Source of the DNA: Minisyncoccota bacterium
GTDB lineage: Bacteria; Patescibacteriota; Minisyncoccia; Phycocordibacterales; XYD1-FULL-46-19
Assembly (NCBI GenBank): GCA_041665625.1
Contig: JBAYIK010000001.1
Location: forward strand, 2,091-66,090
Length of the DNA: 64,000 bases
Direction of reading: 5' to 3'
Part shown: positions 42,560 through 51,407 of the stretch, piece after piece
How the letters are laid out: every line of letters begins with the position of its first letter
Numbering within the stretch: position 1 is the stretch's first letter
Position numbers and translations under genes: made by a program
Notes under the pieces: generated by a model
Seen by the model: only the letters and a program-made list of their open reading frames with translations
What the model was told of the DNA's origin: nothing
Databases searched by the model: none

Positions 42560-43578
42560 TTAAGCGCTTAGTCGCGATTTTAATATTAATTTTTCTTATT
42601 AGTGTCATTACCATTTATTTTGCTCGCCAAATTAATTGGCAGGATCTAGGGACAGTAGAATATTCTCTTGGTGCGGTATCAATCCCCGATTTTTTACCTC
42701 CTCCCCAAATTACTCTTCTGGCCGTTGGCGATATCATGCTTGATCGAGGGGTTGAACTTTCTGTCGATAATCATGGAGCCGGTGATTTTAATTTCGTTTT
42801 TGATAAGATAAAGGGTCTAAAGAGTGGGGCAGACATAATGCTTGGCAATCTTGAGGGGCCCGTCGCTTGGGGTGGAGCTGATGGTGGGGGAATTTATTCC
42901 TTCCACACCTCACCTTTGATTTTACCGGTTTTAAAAAATTTAGGTTTTGATGTGCTGAGTGTCGCCAATAATCATGCCGCGGATTGGGGGCGGACGGCTT
43001 TTACTGAGACGCTTGATAATCTAAGCAAAAATAACTTACTCTTTGTTGGGGGAGCAAAAAATTATGCTTCAGCAACAGAGCCAGTAATTATCGAAAAAAA
43101 TGGTTTGAAAGTCGGTTTTCTGGGCTTCTCTGATGTTGGCCCGACGGCCCTTCGAGCGACGAGTAGCCAGGCTGGCATATTATTAGCCAGTGATCCTGAT
43201 TTTGTTGGCATTATCAATCGAGCGAGCAAGAAAGTTGATGTTCTGGTCATTACTATCCACTGGGGTGATGAATACAAAGTTAATCATAATCTTCGCCAAG
43301 AGAACCTCGCTCGGGAGGCTGTCCTGGCTGGGGCCAAGGTGATTATTGGCCATCATCCACACGTCATCCAGGACACAGAAAAGTCCAAAGAGGCCTATAT
43401 CGCTTATAGTTTGGGGAATTTTGTCTTTGATCAATATTTCTCTTTAGAAACGATGGAGGGGCTTGCTTTAAAGTTAGAAATAAATAAAGATGGAGTGTCT
43501 CGGGTGGAAAAGAAACCGATTAAAATAAATAAGTGGTTCCAGCCAAGTTGGATGGCGAGCTCAACCGAGTCTTTTTAA
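42556..43578 (+). CDS. CapA / PGA-biosynthesis-family metallophosphatase-like protein.
   Basis: 'LLAVGDIMLDRG', 'GNLEGPV', 'SVANNHAADWG' and 'HWGDEY...GHHPHV'. Confidence 0.7.
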   Translation: MIKRLVAILILIFLISVITIYFARQINWQDLGTVEYSLGAVSIPDFLPPPQITLLAVGDIMLDRGVELSVDNHGAGDFNFVFDKIKGLKSGADIMLGNLEGPVAWGGADGGGIYSFHTSPLILPVLKNLGFDVLSVANNHAADWGRTAFTETLDNLSKNNLLFVGGAKNYASATEPVIIEKNGLKVGFLGFSDVGPTALRATSSQAGILLASDPDFVGIINRASKKVDVLVITIHWGDEYKVNHNLRQENLAREAVLAGAKVIIGHHPHVIQDTEKSKEAYIAYSLGNFVFDQYFSLETMEGLALKLEINKDGVSRVEKKPIKINKWFQPSWMASSTESF

Positions 43579-43586
43579 AATAAAAA

Positions 43587-44579
43587 ATGTCTAATTTTTG
43601 GGAAAAATTAAATAAACCCTTTTTCTGTTTGGCGCCGATGTATGACGTGACCGACGCCACTTTTCGTCAGATGTTTGTTAAGTATGGTCGGCCCGATGTT
43701 TTATTTACAGAATTTGTCTCAGCTGATGGCCTCGCGAGCGAACAAGGTCGCGAGAAGCTAAAACGTGAACTTTATTTTGATAAAAACGAACACCCAATTG
43801 TCGCCCAAATTTTCGGTTCTAAATCAGAGACAATTAAAGTTGCGGTAAAACTGATTAAAGAGCTTGGTTTTGATGGTGTCGATATTAATATGGGTTGCCC
43901 CGATCGGGCCGTGGAGAAACAAGGAGCCGGTTCAGCCTTAATGAAAAATCCTAAGCGGGCTCAAGAAATAATTCTAGCCGCCAAAGAAGTTGCCGGGGAT
44001 ATGCCCGTGTCAGTCAAAACTCGTATTGGTTATAACAAAATAGATACCGAGAATTGGGCGCGAATAATTCTTGAAACGAAACCTTCAGCTGTTACTTTTC
44101 ATCTAAGAACAAGAAAAGAAATGTCTAAAGAAGATGCCCGTTGGGAAGAAGCGGAGATACTGGGGCGTCTTGGTAAAGAATATAATATTCCGATTATTTG
44201 TAATGGAGATGTTAATAGCGTTGAAGAGGGAATTGAATTAGCGGAGAAATATAAGATAGATGGCATAATGATTGGCCGTGGCGCTTTTGGCAAACCGTGG
44301 ATGTTTGCTGATGAAGCTGTGCGAAGTCGCATTTCGGGCTCACTTGAAAAACGACTTCTCACCGCCGTTGAACACGCCCGCCTTTTCGAAGACCTCTACC
44401 TTCCCGGCCCCACTAATGACAGACTTTTTCATGGTCACACCAAGAATTTCTCGGTCATGCGCAAGCACTTCAAGGCTTATGTCACCGGCTTCAAGGGGGC
44501 TCTCGCCCTTCGCGCCAAATTAATGGAGACCCAGAATGCTGACGAGGTGGAAAAAATAATTAAAGATTTTCTCGCTTGA
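43587..44579 (+). CDS. dus: tRNA-dihydrouridine synthase.
   Basis: 'FCLAPMYDVTDATFRQM', 'VAQIFGS' and 'GVDINMGCP'. Confidence 0.85.
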   Translation: MSNFWEKLNKPFFCLAPMYDVTDATFRQMFVKYGRPDVLFTEFVSADGLASEQGREKLKRELYFDKNEHPIVAQIFGSKSETIKVAVKLIKELGFDGVDINMGCPDRAVEKQGAGSALMKNPKRAQEIILAAKEVAGDMPVSVKTRIGYNKIDTENWARIILETKPSAVTFHLRTRKEMSKEDARWEEAEILGRLGKEYNIPIICNGDVNSVEEGIELAEKYKIDGIMIGRGAFGKPWMFADEAVRSRISGSLEKRLLTAVEHARLFEDLYLPGPTNDRLFHGHTKNFSVMRKHFKAYVTGFKGALALRAKLMETQNADEVEKIIKDFLA

Positions 44580-44765
44580 TTTTTGATGGGTTCAAGGCAT
44601 AATAATATTTAGATCGATCAAGTCGTTTAACCTGGAGGTTTGCTATGTCTAGTATTGAGAACGGTTTTTTCCTCATCACTTTCGTTCGCCAATTGCAGCG
44701 ATTGTGGCTGCTCATTTAGCAGCTCTTCTTCTCCGCTTGAAGAAGTGGAGACCCCCAAAATATGG

Positions 44766-44800
44766 CCGGCACCGTCCCTTGAGGGCTGTGCCGGTTTTGC
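44766..44800 (+). terminator. Hairpin plus T-run; it shares the 15-mer GGCTGTGCCGGTTTT with the element at 53337.
   Basis: CCGGCAC...GTGCCGG followed by TTTTGCATTG. Confidence 0.45.
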
Positions 44801-44861
44801 ATTGCTCTTAAAAAGAGTGTTAGCTATAATAATATTATTAATAGCTGGTTATAAATTATTT

Positions 44862-45239
44862 ATGAATTATTATCTAGCGGTTTTCAAAAAGTATGCGGTG
44901 TTTAGTGGTCGAGCCAGAAGGGCTGAGTATTGGTATTTTACTCTATTTTCTTTTATCGTCTCTATTCTGCTCAGTATTGTGGGTATGATTATTGGGGATA
45001 GCTCAAACATTATCGGGATAGTTTATCTTTTAGTGTTAATAATCCCTAGTCTTGCTGTCGCGGTTAGAAGACTCCACGACATCGGAAAAAGCGGGTGGTG
45101 GTGTCTTATCGGCTTGATCCCAATAATTGGGACAATTTGGATTATTGTATTGCTGGTTAGAGATAGCCAACCTGGGGATAACGTGTACGGACCTAACCCT
45201 AAAGCTGTGGCTGTGGTTACCCCCGCTGCCTCGGTTTAA
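44862..45239 (+). CDS. DUF805-family inner-membrane protein.
   Basis: 'YAVFSGRARRAEYWYFTLF' and 'VRRLHDIGKSGWW'. The upstream part of the listed ORF is non-protein-like, so the start is placed at MNYYLAVF. Confidence 0.65.
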   Translation: MNYYLAVFKKYAVFSGRARRAEYWYFTLFSFIVSILLSIVGMIIGDSSNIIGIVYLLVLIIPSLAVAVRRLHDIGKSGWWCLIGLIPIIGTIWIIVLLVRDSQPGDNVYGPNPKAVAVVTPAASV

Positions 45240-45266
45240 TGATCATTTAAAGCCAGAAAACAAAAA

Positions 45267-45296
45267 GCCGCTTGAGATAAGCGGCCTTTTGTTTTC
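45267..45296 (+). terminator. Rho-independent terminator.
   Basis: GCCGCTT-gagata-AAGCGGC followed by CTTTTGTTTTC. Confidence 0.7.
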
Positions 45297-45323
45297 TGGC
45301 GGGCTCCTTGCTATAATCTTCTT

Positions 45324-46352
45324 ATGTCTGAATTAGCCCTCTATCGCAAATATCGCCCCAGCAAATTTAGTGAAGTAATCGGTCAGGATCAGGTGACCAG
45401 TGTTTTAGCCGAATCAATTAAGCACGATAACCTTGTCCACGCTTATCTATTCTCGGGTCCGCGCGGTACTGGTAAAACGAGTGTGGCGCGTATCTTCGCC
45501 AAGGCCCTTGGCACTAGTGACAATGACCTCATTGAGATTGATGGTGCTTCTAATCGTGGTATTGATGAGATCCGGGCTCTGCGTGACGCGGTGCGTACTT
45601 TGCCCTTCGAATCGCGCTATAAGGTCTATATTATTGATGAGGTGCATATGCTTACTAAAGATGCCTTCAACGCGCTTCTCAAGACCTTAGAAGAGCCACC
45701 AGCGCATGTTATCTTTATCTTGGCGACCACCGAACAACATAAAGTGATAGAAACTATTGTCTCTCGCTGCCAGTCTTATGTTTTTAAAAAACCAACCATT
45801 GAGATTCTTAAGAAAGTGGCTAAAGATATTGCTAAAGAAGAAGGTTTTACTGTCTCTGACGATGTGGCTGACTTGTTGGCCTTCATGGGGGACGGTTCCT
45901 TCCGTGATACAATTGGCATTTTGCAAAAAATTATTGGCTCCTCAGCTGATAAAAAAATTGCCCTAGAAGAAGTTGAGAGAATTACTGGCGCACCAGCCAT
46001 GAGGTTGGTTTATGATTTTATCTTAGCCTTAGCTGACGGTAATTTAGATCAAACTTTGTCATTAATTGATAAAGGGGTAGAAAGCTCAATTGATTTCAAA
46101 ATTTTCTTGAAATTGGTGATGCGCGAAATCCGTCTCGCTTTGCTTCTTGTGATGGCCCCATCGCTAGAGAACAAAATCATGAACGAGGCAGGGGAGAAAG
46201 AAACTGATTTTTTCAATACTTTGAAGACTAAGCCTCAAGGTAAAAATCTCGCTCCCGCTCTGCGCGAATTTCTTGATACCTACTTACAACTCTCTGGTTC
46301 TTATCTTCCCCAAGTTCCCCTCGAACTGGCCGTGATTAAGATTTTACAATAA
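45324..46352 (+). CDS. dnaX: DNA polymerase III gamma/tau subunit (short form).
   Basis: 'YRKYRPSKFSEVIGQ', 'GPRGTGKTSVARIFAKAL' and 'IIDEVHMLTKDAFNALLKTLEEPP'. Confidence 0.85.
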   Translation: MSELALYRKYRPSKFSEVIGQDQVTSVLAESIKHDNLVHAYLFSGPRGTGKTSVARIFAKALGTSDNDLIEIDGASNRGIDEIRALRDAVRTLPFESRYKVYIIDEVHMLTKDAFNALLKTLEEPPAHVIFILATTEQHKVIETIVSRCQSYVFKKPTIEILKKVAKDIAKEEGFTVSDDVADLLAFMGDGSFRDTIGILQKIIGSSADKKIALEEVERITGAPAMRLVYDFILALADGNLDQTLSLIDKGVESSIDFKIFLKLVMREIRLALLLVMAPSLENKIMNEAGEKETDFFNTLKTKPQGKNLAPALREFLDTYLQLSGSYLPQVPLELAVIKILQ

Positions 46353-46363
46353 ATATTAAGTAT

Positions 46364-48025
46364 ATGGATAAGGATGGATTAAGACTGATGGCCCTGTCTG
46401 CTCCCCATTGGGTTAAAAAGGGAACAGCTGAGAGTAACAGTTTGAACTCTTGGAGCCCTTTTTCTTTGCAAAATGCGGTTAGGCTGGCTGCTGGGAGGGC
46501 TCTGTCAGGTGAAGGATATTTAGGCCAATCTAACTGGTCCTCGAAGGAAGGTTTGAGAGACACTGTTTTTATGATGGAATATTGGGAGGAAGAGAAGAAA
46601 AAATTGGAACAAAAACTTCGTGAGTCTCGTCCCCATGTTTTGTTTATTGGAGCAATGACCCTAGCTTTCCCCGGAGCTATCCAAGTGGCGAGGCTGGCTA
46701 AAGAAATTCTAGGAGAAGAAGTTCTAATCGTTCTTGGGGGAAAACATTCCAACGAAACTTTTTTTGAGGAGCGCAAGTCGCAATCAGAGCCTCAAACGAG
46801 CGAGGTAAAAGCCCTAAAGAACACAAAAGGATCCCCCCTCAGTCTTATAGAGAGCGGTAAAATCGACAATATTTTTGATCTGGTCTGTTCCGGCTCATCG
46901 GAGGAACTTATCGCCACTATCGCTGAAAGAGTTGGAGAATTAGTGGCCCAAGGACTTAATCCAAGAGAAGTTCGTTCTGAGATCGAGAGTTTGGTAAAAG
47001 TTATTCCGGGTGACTGGAGGGCTGGCTGGGTAGAAAGTGGGGGGATCAAACAATTTCAAAGTAATAAAATTCCAATTAACTTTAACGAAATGCCGATCCC
47101 AGCAGAACTCTTTGGCATCAATGGTAAGTTTGAAGTCTATGGCAGAGATTTAACCGCGCACGCTTTTAGTGATACTTCCCCGGGCTGTGTCTTTGATTGC
47201 TTTTTTTGTAGCGAGAGGAATACTCTTAATGGCCCTCTGCATGATCGAGAACACTCTGCCGATAGGTTGTTTAGACAATTGAAGGCAATTAAGGATGTTG
47301 CCAATAAAGAAAATTCGACTGATTCTGTCTCGGTTTTTGTTGAGGACTCAACCCTTTTAAATATTGGTAAAAATCCCACCCAACTTTATCGTCTTGCCGA
47401 TTTGATGAGAGCTGAAAGTTTTAAGATTAGTTTTGGTGGTCAATTTACTATTGATCAAATTCTAGATCCAGAAATCCAGGAAGCAATTTTAGTTCTTAAA
47501 GAGTTTGGCTTGTCCTACGTTTTTCTGGGGATAGAAACCGGCGACAACGAAATTGCTAAACAAATGTCCAAGAATCTTGAAAAAGATTCTGGCTGGACCG
47601 ATAAAAATGAGCAGGCCATGTTTTTCCTGCAGGAGGCTGGGATTAATTGTGGAGCGGCTGTTCTTTTGGGCCTTGGGGAAAATCAGGAAACCCGAGTCGA
47701 ACAATTGGATAGGATTAAAGATTGGCAACGAAGATTTGGACAGCCTGTAGTTGTTAGTTTGAACCTTGCCACTATCCATCCATCTCGAGACGAAGGTCTT
47801 GACGAAGAATTTATTGAATGGGGGACACCTGCCGACTCTCCATACCTAGAGATGTTTCAAAAAATATTTGGAGAAGCTTCTACCCGCTATGCTATAGACA
47901 AAGAACATTTGCCAAGTCTTTCTGAATTAGCTGAAATAAAAGAAAAATATCGAGAACTAGAATTACACCAGGAAAATCGTTCTGAACCTATTTCAATTTT
48001 AGAAAATAAAACAAAATTTAATTAA
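46364..48025 (+). CDS. B12-binding-domain radical SAM protein.
   Basis: N-terminal Rossmann-like 'VLFIGAMTLAFPGAIQVARLAKEILGEEVLIVLGGKH'. CX3CX2C cluster 'CVFDCFFC'. Confidence 0.65.
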   Translation: MDKDGLRLMALSAPHWVKKGTAESNSLNSWSPFSLQNAVRLAAGRALSGEGYLGQSNWSSKEGLRDTVFMMEYWEEEKKKLEQKLRESRPHVLFIGAMTLAFPGAIQVARLAKEILGEEVLIVLGGKHSNETFFEERKSQSEPQTSEVKALKNTKGSPLSLIESGKIDNIFDLVCSGSSEELIATIAERVGELVAQGLNPREVRSEIESLVKVIPGDWRAGWVESGGIKQFQSNKIPINFNEMPIPAELFGINGKFEVYGRDLTAHAFSDTSPGCVFDCFFCSERNTLNGPLHDREHSADRLFRQLKAIKDVANKENSTDSVSVFVEDSTLLNIGKNPTQLYRLADLMRAESFKISFGGQFTIDQILDPEIQEAILVLKEFGLSYVFLGIETGDNEIAKQMSKNLEKDSGWTDKNEQAMFFLQEAGINCGAAVLLGLGENQETRVEQLDRIKDWQRRFGQPVVVSLNLATIHPSRDEGLDEEFIEWGTPADSPYLEMFQKIFGEASTRYAIDKEHLPSLSELAEIKEKYRELELHQENRSEPISILENKTKFN

Positions 48026-48029
48026 AATC

Positions 48030-48296
48030 ATGACCGCAATTAAAATAATTACCGTTATCCTTTCCCTTGTTGTTACTGGCCTGGGGCTAACGTCGCAAGT
48101 TAGAAAGAACCATAAAAGGAAGACAATGGAGGGTCTGTCTTTCTTTTACTTTTCAATTCTCGCCGTCTCCTACACCTTCTGGAGTATATACGGTTTCTCT
48201 CAAAAAGATCTTGTCTTAATTATTCCTATGACCTTAGGGGCAATTATGTCCTGGGTGGTTGTTGCTCAGTTTGGTTTATATAAAAAAGGTAAGTAG
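48030..48296 (+). CDS. Small 3-TM PQ-loop / SemiSWEET-like membrane protein.
   Basis: 88 aa; the pattern 'LTSQVRKN....S..YF....S.TFWSIYGFSQKDLVLIIPMTLGAIMSWVVV' aligns with bacterial SemiSWEETs, with SQV in place of PQV. Confidence 0.45.
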   Translation: MTAIKIITVILSLVVTGLGLTSQVRKNHKRKTMEGLSFFYFSILAVSYTFWSIYGFSQKDLVLIIPMTLGAIMSWVVVAQFGLYKKGK

Positions 48297-48299
48297 ATA

Positions 48300-48780
48300 A
48301 AAGATAACTTGCTGTAATTAAAATTTTGGGGTAAAGTTTGTTCAGACTGGTCTTAGGGTTTGAACAATGGGCGAAAGGAGACTTCCCATGTGGTTTCGAT
48401 TCGTTCCCAAGAGGAGAGCCTCGACGATGACTCTTCTCTTTATTCGATTCTGGGACTTGCCTCCCGGGATGAAGTTTTTCTTAAACGAGCGTGGTTTGGG
48501 CGGCTGCTACACAAAAGCCGAGAACCCGAATCGCCGAAGGAACGCCCAGCACTTTCGTAGGGGCTGTGTCTGGAGGACCCGGCAGGTCAAATCATATGCT
48601 GGGGTTTATGTTGACAAGGCCGAGTGGGATCGGCATGCCAACGGCCTCGTAGCGGAGATTGAGAGGCGCTTTGCTTCAGCGCCATGAATTCGTCTCGGGG
48701 TGAGAAAACGGGTAAGGGTCACCGGTGCGCTTCGTCGCGCCGGTGGCTATTTTGTTTATTATTGCGAAAAGTCGGAAAAT
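48300..48780 (+). ncRNA. GC-rich, apparently non-coding and highly self-complementary region. Candidate structured RNA of unknown class.
   Basis: ORFs here (48360..48560, 48367..48687) translate to Arg/Trp-rich low-complexity peptides. Multiple hairpins; ends in CACCGGTGCGC...GCGCCGGTG plus T-run (48712-48760). Confidence 0.3.
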
Positions 48781-48800
48781 TGTGTTTAATATAAAGACAT

Positions 48801-48871
48801 TGCGGGATCGTCTAAAGGTAGGACATGAGCCTTTGAAGCTCAGTATCTTGGTTCGATTCCAAGTCCCGCAG
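48801..48871 (+). tRNA. tRNA-Gln (anticodon TTG).
   Basis: TGCGGGATCGTCTAAAGGTAGGACATGAGCCTTTGAAGCTCAGTATCTTGGTTCGATTCCAAGTCCCGCAG. Anticodon loop CTTTGAA. Confidence 0.8.
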
Positions 48872-48919
48872 CAAAAAAGACTTCTTTTGACTTATTTTTC
48901 AATATGGTAAAATAGAAAG

Positions 48920-49171
48920 ATGAGAGAAAGCATTTCAAATTTTGATGATCAGATGGACTTGCCTTTTGACCGAGAGGAGGCTGCCCCGCCTGTTTTACCT
49001 GAGCCTGTTTTATCCGAGTCAATTCCTTTGGATTATTATTGCCCTCAGTGCGATATTGGAGCCGATTGTGGACGAAGCGATTGTCCTCAGAGCCTCGCTC
49101 GGAGAGAGAGGCTAGAAGAAGAGAAAAGGTTTATTTCCAAAAAAAGAACGAAGAGAAAGAAGGCCGCTTAA
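48920..49171 (+). CDS. Small Cys4 zinc-ribbon protein with a basic tail, upstream of the ECF sigma factor.
   Basis: 'YYCPQCDIGADCGRSDCPQS'. Confidence 0.45.
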   Translation: MRESISNFDDQMDLPFDREEAAPPVLPEPVLSESIPLDYYCPQCDIGADCGRSDCPQSLARRERLEEEKRFISKKRTKRKKAA

Positions 49172-49221
49172 GGAGGTTAGTTTTGTCTGCCTTGTCACAG
49201 AGAGCCTCTTAGAACGTTATT

Positions 49222-49782
49222 ATGGCTAGAGAGTACACTATAGACGAATTAAAAGAGCTTATTGTTAAGGCTAAGGCCGGAGATAAGGAGCCTTTTGCCG
49301 TTATTTATGAACAATTTTATACACCCATCTTCCGTTATCTATATGGGCGGACGGGGGACAAGAATTTGGCCGAAGATTTAACCCAAGACGTCTTTCTTAA
49401 GGGTTACCGGTCTCTTAACAATTATATGGTCAGTGCTAGTTCCCCTCTTGCTTATTTCTATACCATCGCACGCAATTGTTTGATCGACCACTGGCGTAAG
49501 ATCGCTCCTGAGAGGCTGTCCGAAAATTATCTTGAGGTCCTCCCTGATCCAGAGGCTTCGACCGATAGACTGGCTCTAGCAAGAGAAGCCGAGAAGATAT
49601 TGGAGATTGGGTTGAGTGCTCTCACTGTGGTTCAAAGAGAAGTTCTCACTCTTAAGTATCTTAATGAATTATCGACAAGAGAGATTGCGGAGATTTTAGA
49701 TAAAAAAGAAGAGGCGATTAGACAAATTATAGTTCGAGCCCTAAGGGCGATGAGCCAAAAATTAGAAAAATATGGAAATTGA
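49222..49782 (+). CDS. ECF-type RNA polymerase sigma-70 family factor.
   Basis: Region 2 'FAVIYEQFYTPIFRYLYGRTGDKNLAEDLTQDVFLKGYRSL'. Region 4 'VLTLKYLNELSTREIAEIL'. Confidence 0.85.
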   Translation: MAREYTIDELKELIVKAKAGDKEPFAVIYEQFYTPIFRYLYGRTGDKNLAEDLTQDVFLKGYRSLNNYMVSASSPLAYFYTIARNCLIDHWRKIAPERLSENYLEVLPDPEASTDRLALAREAEKILEIGLSALTVVQREVLTLKYLNELSTREIAEILDKKEEAIRQIIVRALRAMSQKLEKYGN

Positions 49783-50269
49783 AGAAGAAAAAAATAAAGG
49801 AATCATAAAATTGTTCCAAGAACAGTCTCTTTCGGCTAAGCCGAGCGAGACTAGTTTGGAACGCGTATTAAGGGAGTTGCCTGTCACAGAAGAGTCTCCT
49901 GTGCGTTATAATAATCAAGAGGTCAATATTATTAGCCCATTTTATTATTATATGAGTAACACCATGAAAGTTCTGGTCTCCGTTGTCGTTATTGCTTTAT
50001 TGGCGGGGGGAGCAGCCTATTTCAAACTGGCGGCTCCAAGTGATGACAGTGCCACTGTTGCCACCGAAGGTAGCAGTTTTAGCCAGGTGGAGTCTTCAAA
50101 TTTTGAGGACAGCGCTACTGGCGATATCGATAGTTTACTAGCTTCTTTTGAAGAAGAACAATCTGAAGAGGCCACTCTCTTAGCCGTTGGCGATGTCGAT
50201 GCCACCACTTTGGCTAATGAGAGCACATTAGTAGGTGAGATTAATCAAACATATCAAGATGAAATATAA
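49772..50269 (+). CDS. Putative anti-sigma factor: single TM helix plus an acidic extracytoplasmic tail.
   Basis: Overlaps the sigma gene stop by 11 nt. TM 'VLVSVVVIALLAGGAAYF'. Confidence 0.55.
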   Translation: MEIEEEKNKGIIKLFQEQSLSAKPSETSLERVLRELPVTEESPVRYNNQEVNIISPFYYYMSNTMKVLVSVVVIALLAGGAAYFKLAAPSDDSATVATEGSSFSQVESSNFEDSATGDIDSLLASFEEEQSEEATLLAVGDVDATTLANESTLVGEINQTYQDEI

Positions 50270-51017
50270 AAATAGTGTCAAAATTCTTTCTGTCGCATTA
50301 CTTCTCGGTCTGATTTTCCCTGCTGTTTCTTTAGCGACAACTACGCCTAAGGGTGAAAAAATTAAGACAGTTGGTGCTAACATCTGCACAAACTTAGTGA
50401 CAAAGCTAGAAAACCAGAATAAAAAATTAGCCGATCAGCTTAGTAAATTCCAGATGAGAAAGGACGAGCAATCACAGAAAATTAGTGAGAACCGTCTCAA
50501 TGCTGATGAACGACGTCTCGGGGTGAGAGCTAAGGTGGACGAGAACCGTGATAATCGCTTTTCTAAGTTAGAAGCCCGAGCTAGCACGACCGAGCAGAAA
50601 GCGGCGATCGCTACTTTCCGGGCAACCTTAGCTTCGACGACAGAAGCCCGTCGGGTCGCTGTTGACGCGGCTGTTAAGGCTTACCGAGCTAGTGTTGATC
50701 AAACTTTAGGAACAAGGAAGACCGCTGTTCAGGCGGCCCAGACAACACTTAGGGCGTCTATCGATTCTATCTTGGTTAAGGCCAAGGCTGATTGTTCCGC
50801 CAATGTCTCGAATCAGACTATTCGCAAGACTGTTAACGATGGAATCAAGGCCGCTCGACAAAAATTTGCCGAAACTGTCAAAACCTTAGATAAGAAAGCT
50901 GATGTTCTTAAGACTGCAACTGAGGCTCGTAAGACAGCTGTTGATAAAGCTGAGAAGGACTTCAAAACTGCTTATGACAAGGCGCTGGCCGATCTCAAAG
51001 CAGCTTTCCAAAAGTAA
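50259..51017 (+). CDS. Secreted Ala/Lys-rich coiled-coil protein.
   Basis: Signal peptide 'MKYKNSVKILSVALLLGLIFPAVSLA' followed by repetitive KAxxxAV heptads. Confidence 0.55.
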   Translation: MKYKNSVKILSVALLLGLIFPAVSLATTTPKGEKIKTVGANICTNLVTKLENQNKKLADQLSKFQMRKDEQSQKISENRLNADERRLGVRAKVDENRDNRFSKLEARASTTEQKAAIATFRATLASTTEARRVAVDAAVKAYRASVDQTLGTRKTAVQAAQTTLRASIDSILVKAKADCSANVSNQTIRKTVNDGIKAARQKFAETVKTLDKKADVLKTATEARKTAVDKAEKDFKTAYDKALADLKAAFQK

Positions 51018-51030
51018 TCACGTTTATTCG

Positions 51031-51078
51031 CAAAAAACAAAAAAAAGAACCCGGGATAAACCTCGGGTTCTTTTTTTG
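51031..51078. terminator. Bidirectional terminator between convergent genes.
   Basis: AAAAAAAA-GAACCCG-ggataaacct-CGGGTTC-TTTTTTT. Confidence 0.75.
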
Positions 51079-51088
51079 TGAGAGAAGG

Positions 51089-51235
51089 CTAGACAGCTTC
51101 CTCTTCGTCGGCAACCTCAGCGTCGGCATCGGTGCTAGCGTTGACCTTGGTCTGCTCGCAGCAGCCGTCGCCACAAACATTACATTTGCAGCCACAGTCT
51201 TCGGCACAAACGCACTTCTTTTCTTCGTCGTCCAT
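51089..51235 (-). CDS. Metallothionein-like Cys-rich small protein (48 aa, 9 Cys).
   Basis: MDDEEKKCVCAEDCGCKCNVCGDGCCEQTKVNASTDADAEVADEEEAV. Under 60 aa, so absent from the ORF track. Followed by the bidirectional terminator. Confidence 0.55.
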   Translation of the reverse strand: MDDEEKKCVCAEDCGCKCNVCGDGCCEQTKVNASTDADAEVADEEEAV

Positions 51236-51407
51236 TTTATTAAAATTATTGGGAACTTATAATCCGTAAATTATAGACTAATGGCGAATCAATAGCAACG
51301 TAATTTGCTAAATACCCCCGCCAGGCCTCAAGAGAGCCCGAGGCCTGGCGGGAGAGAAGATGTTGTGGTATACTCAATAACACGATCTCCGAAAGGAGAA
51401 ATTTTTT

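Noticed and set aside
44640-44861. Cys/Ser-rich N-terminal extension of the DUF805 ORF (MLCLVLRTVFSSSLSFANCSDCGCSFSSSSS...).
   Set aside because: The region contains terminator-like hairpins and a promoter-like TATAAA just upstream of the internal Met. DUF805 proteins start near the MNYY...GRA.R.E.W motif.
48300-48780. Assignment of the GC-rich region as RNase P RNA or tmRNA.
   Set aside because: I looked for the near-universal P4 GGAAAGUCCGGGCU and CR-V ACAGAACCCGGCUUA motifs and for the tmRNA 5' GGGGCUGAUUCUGGAUUCGACGGG, tag ORF ending in (L/V)AA, and the GGUUCGAnUCC-CCA 3' end. None were found convincingly, so it is left unclassified rather than named.
48725-48910. 61-aa ORF spanning 48725..48910.
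   Set aside because: It overlaps the tRNA-Gln gene completely and has no coding signature.
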